The notes under the pieces: generated by a model
Databases searched by the model: none
The model's input: only the letters and a program-made list of their open reading frames with translations
Told to the model about the DNA's origin: nothing
In this document: piece after piece, positions 42,720 to 52,890 of the stretch
Layout of the letters: every line of letters begins with the position of its first letter
Position numbering within the stretch: position 1 is the stretch's first letter
From: a virus
IMG/VR virus record: IMGVR_UViG_3300018026_000007
Coordinates: 10,897-74,896 of that record
Length of the DNA: 64,000 bases
Strand: one strand, 5' to 3'
Program-made: the position numbers and the translations under genes

Positions 42720-43154
42720 ATGACCATGAAACCATTGAAAGTCTATTTGGCTGCGCCGTATTTAATGAAGGACGAGATTCAAGCGCGGGCAGAAGAACTG
42801 CGCGCGAGCGGGATCGTTGTCACGTCCAGTTGGCTCACCGAGCCGCATGCTCCGAGCACGCAAATGGCTGACATCACTCCCGAGCAGCACCGCACCTACG
42901 CCATTCAGGACATGAAAGACGTGCGTGCAGCGGATATCCTGGTCTTTTGGACCGATCCGACCAAAACAATCATCCGCGCGGGGCGGCATGTCGAATTCGG
43001 TGTTGCGCTCGGCATCGGGCTCACGCGCAAGATACCGATCTTCGTTGTAGGTACCGAGTATGAGAACATCTTTCACTACATGCCCCAGGTCACGCATTTC
43101 GACTCGTGGGAGAAGGTGAAGGACCTGCTGTGCGCGATGGCAGTTCCCGCATAG
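42720..43154 (+). CDS. Nucleoside 2-deoxyribosyltransferase-like protein
   Basis: VYLAAPY, D..DVRAAD, GRHVEFGVA. Confidence 0.8.
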   Translation: MTMKPLKVYLAAPYLMKDEIQARAEELRASGIVVTSSWLTEPHAPSTQMADITPEQHRTYAIQDMKDVRAADILVFWTDPTKTIIRAGRHVEFGVALGIGLTRKIPIFVVGTEYENIFHYMPQVTHFDSWEKVKDLLCAMAVPA

Positions 43155-43162
43155 GACATTCT

Positions 43163-45433
43163 GTGGCCTATCAAGTTCTTTATGCCGACTACGAAACCTT
43201 CTCCCTCATTGACCTGAAGGAAGTTGGTCTCGATAACTACGCCAAGCATCCGTCTACTGGGATATCGATGCTGGCGTGGGCTCTGGACGACGAAGAGATT
43301 GAAGTGTGGCTGCCGCACCAGGGCCCCATGCCTGAGAAGTTGTTCAACGCGCTGTACGATCACAAAATCATCAAAGTGGCGTGGCATGCTGCGTTTGAAC
43401 GCGCGATCACGAAATATGTTCTCCCCCGATACGTCGGGGATTGGCCTGCCCCGCCGATATCGGAATTCCGCGACCCCATTGTCTTGGCACATGCGCTCTC
43501 TCTCCCAGGGCATCTGAAAGACGTAGCTGAAATTCTTCGGATGAAAAATCAGAAAGACCCGCGCGGCGAAGAATTGGTTCATATGTTTTGCAACCCCGTT
43601 AGCCAGGGTGGGGAGATGACGCTGTTCGGTATTGCGCCACCACTCTTTCGCACCCATGAGAGCCATCCACGCGAGTTTGCAGAATACATCGAGTACTGCA
43701 GACAGGATGTGCGCGCCGAGCGAGACTTGTGGCATCGATTGCGCAAGATCGCACTCCCCGAACGCGAGTGGCGGGGATGGCTGTTAGACCAAAAAATCAA
43801 TATCTTCGGCATCCCTATACGCCGCGACCTTGCCGAGAAAGGGCTGCGGCTGGCTCTGCGCTTCATTAAGGATCAGCGGGACCTGCTGAAAGAGGCGACG
43901 GGGCTGGAGAATCCCAACTCTGACGTGCAAATGAAAGAGTGGGTCGCCGCGCGCGGGTACAAATGGAACTCGCTGCGGGCCCCGACCGTCAAAGCAGAAA
44001 TCGATAATCCCGCGTCCCCCATTACCCCAGAGTGCCGTGCGGCATTAAAGTTGCGTTCTTCTGCCCGTAAGTCATCATACACAAAGATTGAAAAGCTCCT
44101 GGCATTACTCTCGGCGGATGACCGTCTGCGCTACCAGTTCCGCTATATGGGCGCGCCCCGCACGGGGCGCTGGGCGAGTGGCGGCGGGGAAGACACATCG
44201 ATGCAGGTTCAGAATCTCCCTCGGGGCGAGAAAGCGGTCAAGAAAAAATTAGCCCTGGCACTCGATCTTCTGGACCGCGAAGACTACGATGGGATTATCC
44301 GAGAATTTACGAACACTCCGAATCCCAAAGACTCAATCACGGTCGTCGAATTCGTTATTACGCTGTTGCGGTCGCTCTTCCAAGCGACGCCTGGGAAAGT
44401 CTTTCACGTCGCCGACAAGAACGCCATTGAAAATCGCGTCCTGGGGTGGGCATCTGGCTGCCAGAAAATCCTTGATGTTTTCAGGCAAGGTCGCTGCCCC
44501 TATATGTCATTTGGGGTTGAACTGTACGGGATTCCGTACGAAGAGTGGATCAAAATCGACGAGCACGGCAATCACAAACCGAAAAATGCCGAATTTGAAG
44601 AGCGACGCCAAAACTCAAAGCCGCCTGTGCTCGGCGGCGGGTATGGTCTGGGCGGCGGCGAGATGTATTTCAATGAATACGGCGACGAAGTGCGCGGCGG
44701 GCTATGGGGTTATGCTTTGTCCGTCTGCGGCGTTGACATGCCCAAAGAATTGGCTCATAAAGCCGTGAAGATTTTGCGCGACGCCTGGCCAGAAGTCGTC
44801 CAGTTCTGGACGGACTTGGAAGAAGCCTTCAAGCAGGTTTTCAAGCATGGCGGCGTCATCAAAGTCGGTGAAGTGACCTGGGACAAAAAGGCAAAGGAAT
44901 GGGTTGAGCATCCGACCAAAGGCAAGCAATGTGTCATTACGTTTCGGCGTAAAAAAATGGAAGATGGCGGCTACATGATTCAGATGGTGCTGCCATCGGG
45001 ACGCGCGCTCCACTATCTCAATGTCTCGCTCGAAGAAGAAAAGCGCACCAGCCAGAAGACGGGCCAGCCGTACACGGCGTACACGATCTATTACGACGGC
45101 ATCGAGCACAGTGCGATACAGGGTGCAGACGGCAAGAACATTAAGAAACGGCACAAGTGGGGGCGGGTCAAGACGTACGGCGGGAAGCTCTGCGAGAACG
45201 CGGTGCAGGCAATCTCGCGCGACGATCTCCTGAACAGCATGTTCCTGGCCGACGAGATGGGCTTTAATATCTGGGGATTGTTCCACGACGAAATCGCGAC
45301 GGAAGATAACGACGACCCCTTCGGGCTGCGGCTCGATGACTTGATCTGGTGCATGACGCAGGTGCCTGACTGGGCCCCTGGTTTGATTTTAGGCGCGGAA
45401 GGGTACACCAGCCAGGTTTACAAGAAAGGCTAA
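43163..45433 (+). CDS. polA: DNA polymerase family A with 3'-5' exonuclease
   Basis: DYETFS, HAAFER, YCRQDV, RTGRWAS, QNLPR, ADKNAIENR, RQNSK..LGGGYG, HDEI. Confidence 0.92.
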   Translation: MAYQVLYADYETFSLIDLKEVGLDNYAKHPSTGISMLAWALDDEEIEVWLPHQGPMPEKLFNALYDHKIIKVAWHAAFERAITKYVLPRYVGDWPAPPISEFRDPIVLAHALSLPGHLKDVAEILRMKNQKDPRGEELVHMFCNPVSQGGEMTLFGIAPPLFRTHESHPREFAEYIEYCRQDVRAERDLWHRLRKIALPEREWRGWLLDQKINIFGIPIRRDLAEKGLRLALRFIKDQRDLLKEATGLENPNSDVQMKEWVAARGYKWNSLRAPTVKAEIDNPASPITPECRAALKLRSSARKSSYTKIEKLLALLSADDRLRYQFRYMGAPRTGRWASGGGEDTSMQVQNLPRGEKAVKKKLALALDLLDREDYDGIIREFTNTPNPKDSITVVEFVITLLRSLFQATPGKVFHVADKNAIENRVLGWASGCQKILDVFRQGRCPYMSFGVELYGIPYEEWIKIDEHGNHKPKNAEFEERRQNSKPPVLGGGYGLGGGEMYFNEYGDEVRGGLWGYALSVCGVDMPKELAHKAVKILRDAWPEVVQFWTDLEEAFKQVFKHGGVIKVGEVTWDKKAKEWVEHPTKGKQCVITFRRKKMEDGGYMIQMVLPSGRALHYLNVSLEEEKRTSQKTGQPYTAYTIYYDGIEHSAIQGADGKNIKKRHKWGRVKTYGGKLCENAVQAISRDDLLNSMFLADEMGFNIWGLFHDEIATEDNDDPFGLRLDDLIWCMTQVPDWAPGLILGAEGYTSQVYKKG

Positions 45434-45437
45434 ACCA

Positions 45438-45647
45438 ATGAATTGGGATGCGTACGAAAAGAAAGTGGTAAAGCAAATCGACGGACATTGGTGCAATGAC
45501 TGGGATGGACTGGCAGTTAGTGCTTGGACCTACGAGTATGATTGCTGCGCCGATTTCAAAAAGACTCTGTTGGGGAGAGTAATCAATCAATTCGTGATGT
45601 GGCGCTTTTCCTTCGGCTGGTGGTGGTATATCGGACGGCGGCAATAA
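45438..45647 (+). CDS. Hypothetical protein
   Basis: HWCNDWDGL pattern; fills the gap after PolA. Confidence 0.5.
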   Translation: MNWDAYEKKVVKQIDGHWCNDWDGLAVSAWTYEYDCCADFKKTLLGRVINQFVMWRFSFGWWWYIGRRQ

Positions 45648-45654
45648 AAAGTTC

Positions 45655-45683
45655 TTGACAATGCAATGGTACTTTTGTACTAT
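45655..45683 (+). promoter_or_regulatory. Sigma70-type promoter, probably leaderless
   Basis: TTGACA-17-TACTAT, GTG 6 nt downstream. Confidence 0.7.
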
Positions 45684-45689
45684 AGGTGA

Positions 45690-46922
45690 GTGAGCAGTAC
45701 CGACTCATTTCTTGACATGGCCCGAAAAGAGGTAGTCGCTGCGGGCGGCGAGTGGGATGGTTTGCAAATTCCATTCGGGGAATCTGATCCTACTCCCGCC
45801 ACGATTCATTTTTATCATCGCCCGACAAGTCGGCACTTAACGGTATCTGCGAATTTATTGATTGATACCCGAGACTGGGTTGCACAACAAATTCAAGAAG
45901 CGATTACAGGGAAAAAGGTTCCTAATAGGAGAAGTTCTATGACACTGCGCGAGAAGCTGATTCAGGTTTACGAAGAGATTGACCACATTGAAAAGCTGGG
46001 GACGAATAGCAAGCAAAATTACTCGTACGTGCGCGCCGCCGACATGGTTCGCGCCGTGCGCAAGACCCTTCTGAAGCTCAAGGTCTATGCCGAAATCAAC
46101 ATGGTCAATGAGCGGCAGTATACCATCGCCCGAGCGAAAGATGTGAATGCCCCTTTCAACGCCGTCGATGTACGTTGCACTATCGTGTTTCATGACGCCG
46201 AGTCGGAAGAGATGCTGACTTCTAGCGGTCTCGGGACTGGCGCGGATACGGGCGACAAAGCCATCTACAAGGCCCAGACGGGCGCAATCAAGTACGCGCT
46301 ACGAAATAGCTTCCTAGTGCCCGATGAAGCGGACCCAGAAGCCGATCCAGTTGTGGATGGCGCGCCAGAGCCCGAAGGCTACTCTCCAGCCGAGCCCCCT
46401 GACTTCCAGGATGCCCGCCACGCGGCTCCGCGCGCTCCAGCCGCCGCTGCCGCCCCAGCGCAGCGGGTTTTGGAGACGACCGATGTCCCTTTAGGGCCCG
46501 CCCAGCCCGAGAATGCTCCTGCCTCGGCTGGGCCCAGCCAGCCTGTCCCCTCCACGGGGACTCAACAATCATCTGGTGCGGCACCTGCGGCTGCCCCGTC
46601 GCAGATGAAGAATGCACAGGCTGCGGCTGACGACACACTGCCGACCGAAGAAGAACTGACGCAGTATCGCAAGGCGTTCAGCACCCTGGGCGACGACTTG
46701 ACGGCCAAGGGGAAACTGAAGTCCAGCAAGGGGCTGCCCGTCAATCGCAAACTGCTGGCATTCTTGCTGTTCATCACTGGCGCGGCGGAAGCCAAGAGCA
46801 TCACGAAGGCGCAATGGGATGATTTCTTCCAGCGCGTGGATCACGTCAAGGGCTTGGAAGACGGTTTGGTTGGTCTCGCCAAGCTGGTGAACAAGGCCAA
46901 CGGAGTTGAAGAGAAGAAGTAA
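45690..46922 (+). CDS. ERF-family ssDNA annealing protein (second start at 45939)
   Basis: K.G.N..QNYSY, G.DTGDKAIYKAQTGAIKYAL...F.VP. Confidence 0.8.
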   Translation: MSSTDSFLDMARKEVVAAGGEWDGLQIPFGESDPTPATIHFYHRPTSRHLTVSANLLIDTRDWVAQQIQEAITGKKVPNRRSSMTLREKLIQVYEEIDHIEKLGTNSKQNYSYVRAADMVRAVRKTLLKLKVYAEINMVNERQYTIARAKDVNAPFNAVDVRCTIVFHDAESEEMLTSSGLGTGADTGDKAIYKAQTGAIKYALRNSFLVPDEADPEADPVVDGAPEPEGYSPAEPPDFQDARHAAPRAPAAAAAPAQRVLETTDVPLGPAQPENAPASAGPSQPVPSTGTQQSSGAAPAAAPSQMKNAQAAADDTLPTEEELTQYRKAFSTLGDDLTAKGKLKSSKGLPVNRKLLAFLLFITGAAEAKSITKAQWDDFFQRVDHVKGLEDGLVGLAKLVNKANGVEEKK

Positions 46923-46964
46923 CGTCACGGCTCGCAAGAGCAAACTCAAAAAGGAAGGTGTAGC

Positions 46965-47411
46965 ATGGCAATGTCAGTGAACAAGGCAATCGTAATCGGT
47001 CGGCTCGGGAAAGACCCCGAAGTCCGTTTTACAGGAAGCGGCGCGGCGGTGGCGAGTTTCAGTCTCGCAACCGACGAGTCGTACAAGAACAAGGACGGCG
47101 AAAAGGTTCAGAAGACAGAGTGGCACAATCTTGTTGTCTGGGGAAACTCCGTCGAAGCGTTCGTTCAGAAATATCTCCACAAGGGCGACCTGATCTACGC
47201 CGAAGGCAAACTGCAGACCCGATCCTGGGATGACAAAGACGGCAACAAGCGATACACGACCGAAATCAATGTGACCGACATCAAAAAGCTGTCCGATGCG
47301 AGCGGCGAGAAGCAAAACCCCGCGCAGAATCGCCAGGCCAGCAAGCCAGCGGCTCGACCCGCGTCGCGCCCCACAGCCCAGCCCGTTGACGACGACGATA
47401 TCCCGTTCTAG
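46965..47411 (+). CDS. ssb: Single-stranded DNA-binding protein
   Basis: SVNKAIVIGRLGKDPE, TEWH, EGKLQTRSW, DDDIPF tail. Confidence 0.97.
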   Translation: MAMSVNKAIVIGRLGKDPEVRFTGSGAAVASFSLATDESYKNKDGEKVQKTEWHNLVVWGNSVEAFVQKYLHKGDLIYAEGKLQTRSWDDKDGNKRYTTEINVTDIKKLSDASGEKQNPAQNRQASKPAARPASRPTAQPVDDDDIPF

Positions 47412-47417
47412 CGAGAT

Positions 47418-47566
47418 TGAAGCAGCCCTAGTGACCAAGCGGAGCTATAGGGAAGCAACCTGACACGGGGCTCGTACGGCTGACCACAGAGATGCCTACC
47501 GTGGCTGCTTCATGGGGCGGTGTAAAGGGCCGACCTGATAAATCGGACTCCAGCACCGCCTCTCCA
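47418..47566 (+). ncRNA. Candidate structured RNA
   Basis: 10-bp closing stem TGAAGCAGCC/GGCTGCTTCA, then a long hairpin ending in CCA. Confidence 0.35.
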
Positions 47567-47582
47567 ATTTCTGAGGTGATTC

Positions 47583-47753
47583 ATGCTTCGTGATATTTTG
47601 CGGCTTGTCTGGGCTGGTCTCTGGCAAGGCTTCGGGGTAGAGTTGTCTTTCTTTGTGCTCTGGGTTGGCTGGCACTTCCTTCACGGGAAGGTGGCACACA
47701 AGCTCGACCCAGAGCACTGGTTTCACCGCATTCATGACTACTTCGCGAATTGA
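47583..47753 (+). CDS. 56-aa Trp/His-rich membrane peptide (not in ORF track)
   Basis: GAGGTG SD; MLRDILRLVWAGLWQGFGVELSFFVLWVGWHFLHG... Confidence 0.6.
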   Translation: MLRDILRLVWAGLWQGFGVELSFFVLWVGWHFLHGKVAHKLDPEHWFHRIHDYFAN

Positions 47754-47759
47754 GGCCCC

Positions 47760-49340
47760 ATGCTGGAGTTGAATCCAGATCAACAGCGGGTTGTTACGGA
47801 CTACCGAGGCGCGCGGTCGGTGATCGCGTGTCCTGGCTCGGGTAAAACAGCCACCATGACCGCTTTAATTAACAAGTTGATCGATTCTGGTGTCTCCCCA
47901 TCTGAAATCCGCGCAGTGACGTTTTCGAAAGAGATGTCATCTGCCCTAGAGAAACGGGCAGGTGTGAAGGGCGTCGTATCCACCTTCCATAGCCTGGGCT
48001 ATCTGATTTGTTCCGAGACTGAACGCAAACCCGTCGATCCCGAGTTACGGCACCGACTGATGTGCAAGCTCGTGCGCAAGTATCATCTGGATTACAAGGA
48101 ACTGGATGGCTTCATCGCACGCATGCGGCGCAACAACATTTCGCCAGACGAAGCCGTGAACGGCATGAACGATTTTGATTACGGCATGGCGCGAGGGTAC
48201 GCGGAATACGAGCAGACCCGCGCAACCGAAGGCTGGATGGACTTCGATTCCATGTTGGCCGATTCTGTGCAATCACTAGAAAATGCACAAACTCGTGCAA
48301 GGTGGTCTCCGAAGTATTTGATTGTCGATGAAGCCCAAGACACGGACGACCTGCAGTGGCGCATGATGCAACTGATGGCCGAGAAGCATGGAAACATTAC
48401 AGTAGTCGGGGACCCAGGACAGGCGATTTACAGTTTTCGTGGCGCGAAGCCTGACAACATCACGAACTTTCAGCAGTGGTTTCCGCAAGGTAAATACTAT
48501 TACTTGGGGCGCAATTACCGCAGCACACAAACGATAGTACAGTTCATCCGAGAGAACGCGCCGCCTGGTACCCCGAAAGAGTTGCTAGATCGAATGGTGG
48601 CCGCCCGCAAAGATGTAGGCACGCCTATTGGCTTGCGGATGTACTGGACAGACGATGCCGAAGCTGAGTCCGCGTTGAAACTTTCGCAGCGGGACCCACT
48701 TAACAGCATCATTCTTGCCCGCACGAACCGCATGGTTGGATTGCTGGAGCGGCTGTGCGCGCGGTATAATCTTCGATATCATTTGCTGGGCAAGTCGGGA
48801 TTCTGGAAACAGAACGAAATCCGCAAAGCCATCGAAGCCCTGAAACAGTATCCCTTGATTTCGACCGAAGCTGGATTGAATTTAACCATACCAGGAGTCG
48901 AAAAACACTACGCTGTTGAAGATCGTACGGAGCGCGACAACGACGCCCTGGAAAACCTGAAGACACTGCAATTGATCGGAAAAGATTTTCGGATGGCGAA
49001 GGATTTTGTCGTCTACGCGAACAAGATGATGCATCGACGCAACGACCCGCGCGGCGTGTCAATCTCCACGGTTCACCAGGCGAAGGGCGGTGAGTGGAAG
49101 AATGTTTACATCATCGGTGCGAACGCCAAGGGCTTCCCGCACGCTAAGGGCGATCCGATGGAAGAGCGAAGAATTTGGTTCGTGGCAATCAGTCGGCCAA
49201 TCGACATGCTGCGCATTTCGTTCGCAGGAACACCGTCGCCGTACCTACGGCGATATCTAAACGACGAAATTTTGGACAAGTTGCGCGAGAAGGCAACAGA
49301 AGTTGACCACCTACAGGAACAGGCGAACCTTTTTTCTTGA
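47760..49340 (+). CDS. UvrD/Rep-like SF1 helicase
   Basis: LNPDQ, ACPGSGKT, DEAQD, VGDPGQAIYSFRGA, NYRS, TVHQAKGGEW, EERRIWFVAISR. Confidence 0.92.
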   Translation: MLELNPDQQRVVTDYRGARSVIACPGSGKTATMTALINKLIDSGVSPSEIRAVTFSKEMSSALEKRAGVKGVVSTFHSLGYLICSETERKPVDPELRHRLMCKLVRKYHLDYKELDGFIARMRRNNISPDEAVNGMNDFDYGMARGYAEYEQTRATEGWMDFDSMLADSVQSLENAQTRARWSPKYLIVDEAQDTDDLQWRMMQLMAEKHGNITVVGDPGQAIYSFRGAKPDNITNFQQWFPQGKYYYLGRNYRSTQTIVQFIRENAPPGTPKELLDRMVAARKDVGTPIGLRMYWTDDAEAESALKLSQRDPLNSIILARTNRMVGLLERLCARYNLRYHLLGKSGFWKQNEIRKAIEALKQYPLISTEAGLNLTIPGVEKHYAVEDRTERDNDALENLKTLQLIGKDFRMAKDFVVYANKMMHRRNDPRGVSISTVHQAKGGEWKNVYIIGANAKGFPHAKGDPMEERRIWFVAISRPIDMLRISFAGTPSPYLRRYLNDEILDKLREKATEVDHLQEQANLFS

Positions 49341-49364
49341 CATTCTCCAGTACTTTAGTACTAT
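49337..49364 (+). promoter_or_regulatory. Sigma70-type promoter
   Basis: TTGACA-16-TACTAT. Confidence 0.55.
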
Positions 49365-49409
49365 TGACGCCAGAGAACAGAAGAAGTAAGATGGGCGTGG
49401 CTAAAGAGC

Positions 49410-50549
49410 ATGAGCAGCATGAAACCGCACTTGTACATCAACAGTAAGGGGTACTTCGTCACCCGCCATAGTTATAGCGGGTCCGACTCGTTCACCTACT
49501 GCGCCCGCAAGTACTATCTGGAGCGCGTGCAGGGTTGGACCGAAAAAATCCAACGGTCGTCTACACACTTCGGCACCGCGCTGGAGAAGGCCATCACATT
49601 CTGGCACCAGCACCGCCAGGACACGGCGGCGGCTGTCGCGGAATTTGTGCGGCTCTGGGCCGCGCACAACGACAAGCCGTACACGTATTCCAAGACGGAC
49701 AAGGACTGGAACAACCTGAATCTGAACGGCCAGGACCTGGTGCGTCTCTACGCTATCCGCTATCCGACGTTTCCATACGTCGTGAACAATCCCATGGACT
49801 TTCAGGTCGAGACCAACTTTGAGGTGTTTCCAGACACGAAGTTGGCTGGGATTGAATTCACATCCTACATTGATGTGGTGGTGACTGACAAAGCCACGGG
49901 CGAGCCTGAGATTGTTGATATGAAGACATCGGGCGACGATGTGCCTGAATTTACGGTGCTGGACCCACAGCTTCGCAGCTATGCGTGGGTGAAATGGCGT
50001 CCCGAAGACACCAGCAAGCTCGTCGCGTTCTTGTGGTTCCGCAAGATGGGGCGGTCTATTTCTCGGGGCGACACGGTTACATTCCTGGAGCCCTACGCCG
50101 ACCTGCAGCCTGGTGATAACGCCATCGTGTTGGCGAAGGATGAATTCGGCATCTGGGTTACACAGAACCAGCGTGTCGTTGATGAAATGGACGCGCAATT
50201 CGTCGGCGAGAGCAAGGCGGTAAAGGCGGCGCGCCAGCAATACATCGAGGCAAACGCCAAGCATGCGCCCGAGCGGGTCATCACCAAGCAGCGTGTACAA
50301 TTCAAATCGGCGGTCATCACAAAAGAAAGCGCGGAAGATATCGGACGCAAGATCAAGCGCGACATCGTGAACATCGTGCGGGCAAACGAGAACGAAGACT
50401 GGGCCATGAATTCTGGGGTCCGATTTCCGAATGAGCGGTGCCCGAACTGCCCGATGCGGGGCATCTGCGCTAATCGTCCCGAGTTGCGGGACATGCTTCT
50501 GGTTCGCAAGCAAGAAGATGAGCTTGACTTCGGTAAAGAATCGGAGTAG
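49410..50549 (+). CDS. PD-(D/E)XK nuclease (RecB/Cas4-like)
   Basis: SYS..CARKY, FGTA, ID..IVDMKT, QLRSYA, C..CP...IC. Confidence 0.85.
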   Translation: MSSMKPHLYINSKGYFVTRHSYSGSDSFTYCARKYYLERVQGWTEKIQRSSTHFGTALEKAITFWHQHRQDTAAAVAEFVRLWAAHNDKPYTYSKTDKDWNNLNLNGQDLVRLYAIRYPTFPYVVNNPMDFQVETNFEVFPDTKLAGIEFTSYIDVVVTDKATGEPEIVDMKTSGDDVPEFTVLDPQLRSYAWVKWRPEDTSKLVAFLWFRKMGRSISRGDTVTFLEPYADLQPGDNAIVLAKDEFGIWVTQNQRVVDEMDAQFVGESKAVKAARQQYIEANAKHAPERVITKQRVQFKSAVITKESAEDIGRKIKRDIVNIVRANENEDWAMNSGVRFPNERCPNCPMRGICANRPELRDMLLVRKQEDELDFGKESE

Positions 50550-50560
50550 TCTACACTCTC

Positions 50561-52393
50561 ATGCTCGAAAATATCCCTGCGATACTCAAGCAGTATCCGA
50601 ATTGGGTCGTCTGGAAGTCTGTCGTCCGCGATGGTAAGGCGACCAAAATTCCCTTCGATGCCAAGACTGGCAGCATGGCGAAATCCAATGACGCCATGAC
50701 CTGGGCAACATTCGAACAAGCCATCAAAACTGGGGACGTGCTGGAAGGCTCCGACTACAACGGTGTGGGATTCGAACTGCATGGAACTTCGATAGTTGGG
50801 ATCGATTTCGACAACGCCATCAATCATAAAGGTGTCATTGATCCATACGTGTTGGAGATTCTGAGCTTATTGGGGGACCCATACACAGAAAAATCCCCGA
50901 GCGGGACAGGGCTTCATGCTTTTGTAGATTGCGCCGCGTTGCCCGAGGGCGGCAGAAAATTATCACAGGCGCACAGCGGAATTGAAATATATCACGGTCA
51001 AGAGGGCGGTCGCTATTTCACAATGACTGGGGAAAAGGTGCTCGGCGACGGAATCCCAAAAATCGCGGACATCACACTGCCGTATCTCCTGATAACCCAG
51101 AACAAAGATAAAAAGTTCAAATCCGCATGGCTGGGAGATACATCACTGTTTAACGGCGACGACTCCAGTGCGGATTTCTATCTATTGACTCGGCTTGCCG
51201 CGCTCACACAAAACAACCCGCTGAAAATGGAATCATTCTTTAGTGTGTCCAAGCCAGGGCATCGGGAGAAATGGCACAACCGAAAAGATTATCGTGAGCG
51301 ATCCATCAAAGCGGCTATTGGCACCAATCTTACTGGTAAGCCTGTGTCAGTATCTGCCGCGATTGAATTTCACACCCCTGCGCGCCCTGATCCAGATGGG
51401 GAATATGTGATTGCACCTATGGCTGGTCAAGATGATGGATGGTTCCCTCTTGGCGACATCAGTCTGATTGGTGGAGCCAGCGGTACGGGAAAGACAACGT
51501 GGATTTTTGAAATGCTGCACAAACAGAAGCAAGGCTACCCCATACACGATCACCGCACTCATGGATATTTGTTTCAAGTTCTGGCATACGACCGAGGCAG
51601 GAATGCGTTCGCCCGCACGATGCGGCGATTGAACCTGCTTCCATCGGATATACCTACGACGCCGCTACCGCTTGCTTTCGGCACCGAGGCAGTGCAAAGC
51701 GTCATCAATGAAATCGAAAAGATGAATCCAACCCCCAACATCATCTTCATTGAGGGGCTGGATATGCTTCTCGACGACGCCAACAAAAAATCAGTCGTTT
51801 CCCCCTTCATGCGCCAACTACAAGAAACGGCAGCCCACTTCCATATAGCCTTAATTTGTAGCGTCGGGGCTCCTAAGACCAAGCGCGGGGAAGATTACGC
51901 AGCCAAGCGCGACAAACTGTCAGGCAGCGAAGCCTGGGGCCGCAATTGTGAAACCGTCTGCGTTCTGGAATTCGCGGAGGATGATGACGGCACCGCGCCA
52001 CAGAGAATTTTGACGATCCTTCCACGAAACGCCCCTGCTGAGAAGTTCACGCTGCAGTTTGAGGGTGGGCGTTTGGTGCCCGTTCAGGCAACAGAAGACC
52101 CGAAACAGGACCCTGGCGGGCGGCCACCTGAATCACTTCAGAAAGCCATCAATTTCCTTGAGCGCGAGCTTCAAGATGGGCCGCGCCTGGGCAAAGAAAT
52201 CATCGTTCTTGCACGGGATTTGGAAAACATCAGTCGTGCGACTCTCTATCGGGCCGCCGAGGTTGCACACGTTCAAAAGGATGTTCGCATAGCGGGAAAA
52301 TTGTGTTGGAAACTTACCCCTATGAACGAAACCAACGATCCACAAGAGGACGAAGAGGCGGGGCCGACCAGCACGGAGTTTAAGTATGAGTGA
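50561..52393 (+). CDS. Primase-polymerase (AEP) fused to an AAA/RecA-fold ATPase
   Basis: WVVWK..KIP, GIDFD, EKSPSGTGLH, IEIY..RYFTMTG, D.SSADF; GASGTGKTT. Confidence 0.85.
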   Translation: MLENIPAILKQYPNWVVWKSVVRDGKATKIPFDAKTGSMAKSNDAMTWATFEQAIKTGDVLEGSDYNGVGFELHGTSIVGIDFDNAINHKGVIDPYVLEILSLLGDPYTEKSPSGTGLHAFVDCAALPEGGRKLSQAHSGIEIYHGQEGGRYFTMTGEKVLGDGIPKIADITLPYLLITQNKDKKFKSAWLGDTSLFNGDDSSADFYLLTRLAALTQNNPLKMESFFSVSKPGHREKWHNRKDYRERSIKAAIGTNLTGKPVSVSAAIEFHTPARPDPDGEYVIAPMAGQDDGWFPLGDISLIGGASGTGKTTWIFEMLHKQKQGYPIHDHRTHGYLFQVLAYDRGRNAFARTMRRLNLLPSDIPTTPLPLAFGTEAVQSVINEIEKMNPTPNIIFIEGLDMLLDDANKKSVVSPFMRQLQETAAHFHIALICSVGAPKTKRGEDYAAKRDKLSGSEAWGRNCETVCVLEFAEDDDGTAPQRILTILPRNAPAEKFTLQFEGGRLVPVQATEDPKQDPGGRPPESLQKAINFLERELQDGPRLGKEIIVLARDLENISRATLYRAAEVAHVQKDVRIAGKLCWKLTPMNETNDPQEDEEAGPTSTEFKYE

Positions 52394-52491
52394 GTGTGAG
52401 CGCAACCCCCTGCCTTCAGGCATGGGGTCAAGCGAGTAGTTTGCACAAAGAAACCTATTGCAATAGGTAGCGGAGACTGGTATAATGCATC

Positions 52492-52890
52492 ATGCTCGAA
52501 GGATACAAGTCAAACAACAACGTCGTGTACTCCAGCAAATATCACGTCGTCTGGTGCCCGAAGTATCGACGCGAGGTGCTGGATGGTCCGATAGCGAGAC
52601 GATGCGAACAGGTCCTGCGACAGACATGCAAGAAGTATCGAGCCGAAATCATCGCCTTAGAGATTATGCCCGACCACGTACATCTGCTGGTCGAAGTGGA
52701 CCCACAATTTGGGATACATCGACTTGTCAAAAATCTCAAAGGTGTGTCGTCGCATACACTGCGCAAAGAATTTGCCAGTTTGGTTTCACGTCTGCCGACG
52801 CTCTGGACAAATTCGTATTTCGTTTCGACAGTCGGTGGTGCTCCGCTTTCAGTGATTAAACAGTACGTTGAAAATCAGAAGAACGTCTGA
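52492..52890 (+). CDS. tnpA: IS200-type HUH (Y1) transposase
   Basis: YHVVWCPKYRR, DHVHLL, LWTNSYF, YVENQK; promoter TTGCAA-17-TATAAT at 52458. Confidence 0.96.
   Translation: MLEGYKSNNNVVYSSKYHVVWCPKYRREVLDGPIARRCEQVLRQTCKKYRAEIIALEIMPDHVHLLVEVDPQFGIHRLVKNLKGVSSHTLRKEFASLVSRLPTLWTNSYFVSTVGGAPLSVIKQYVENQKNV

Noticed and set aside
47514-47566. tmRNA tRNA-like domain
   Set aside because: Wobble is G2-U71 rather than G3-U70, discriminator is U, and there is no T-loop or tag ORF
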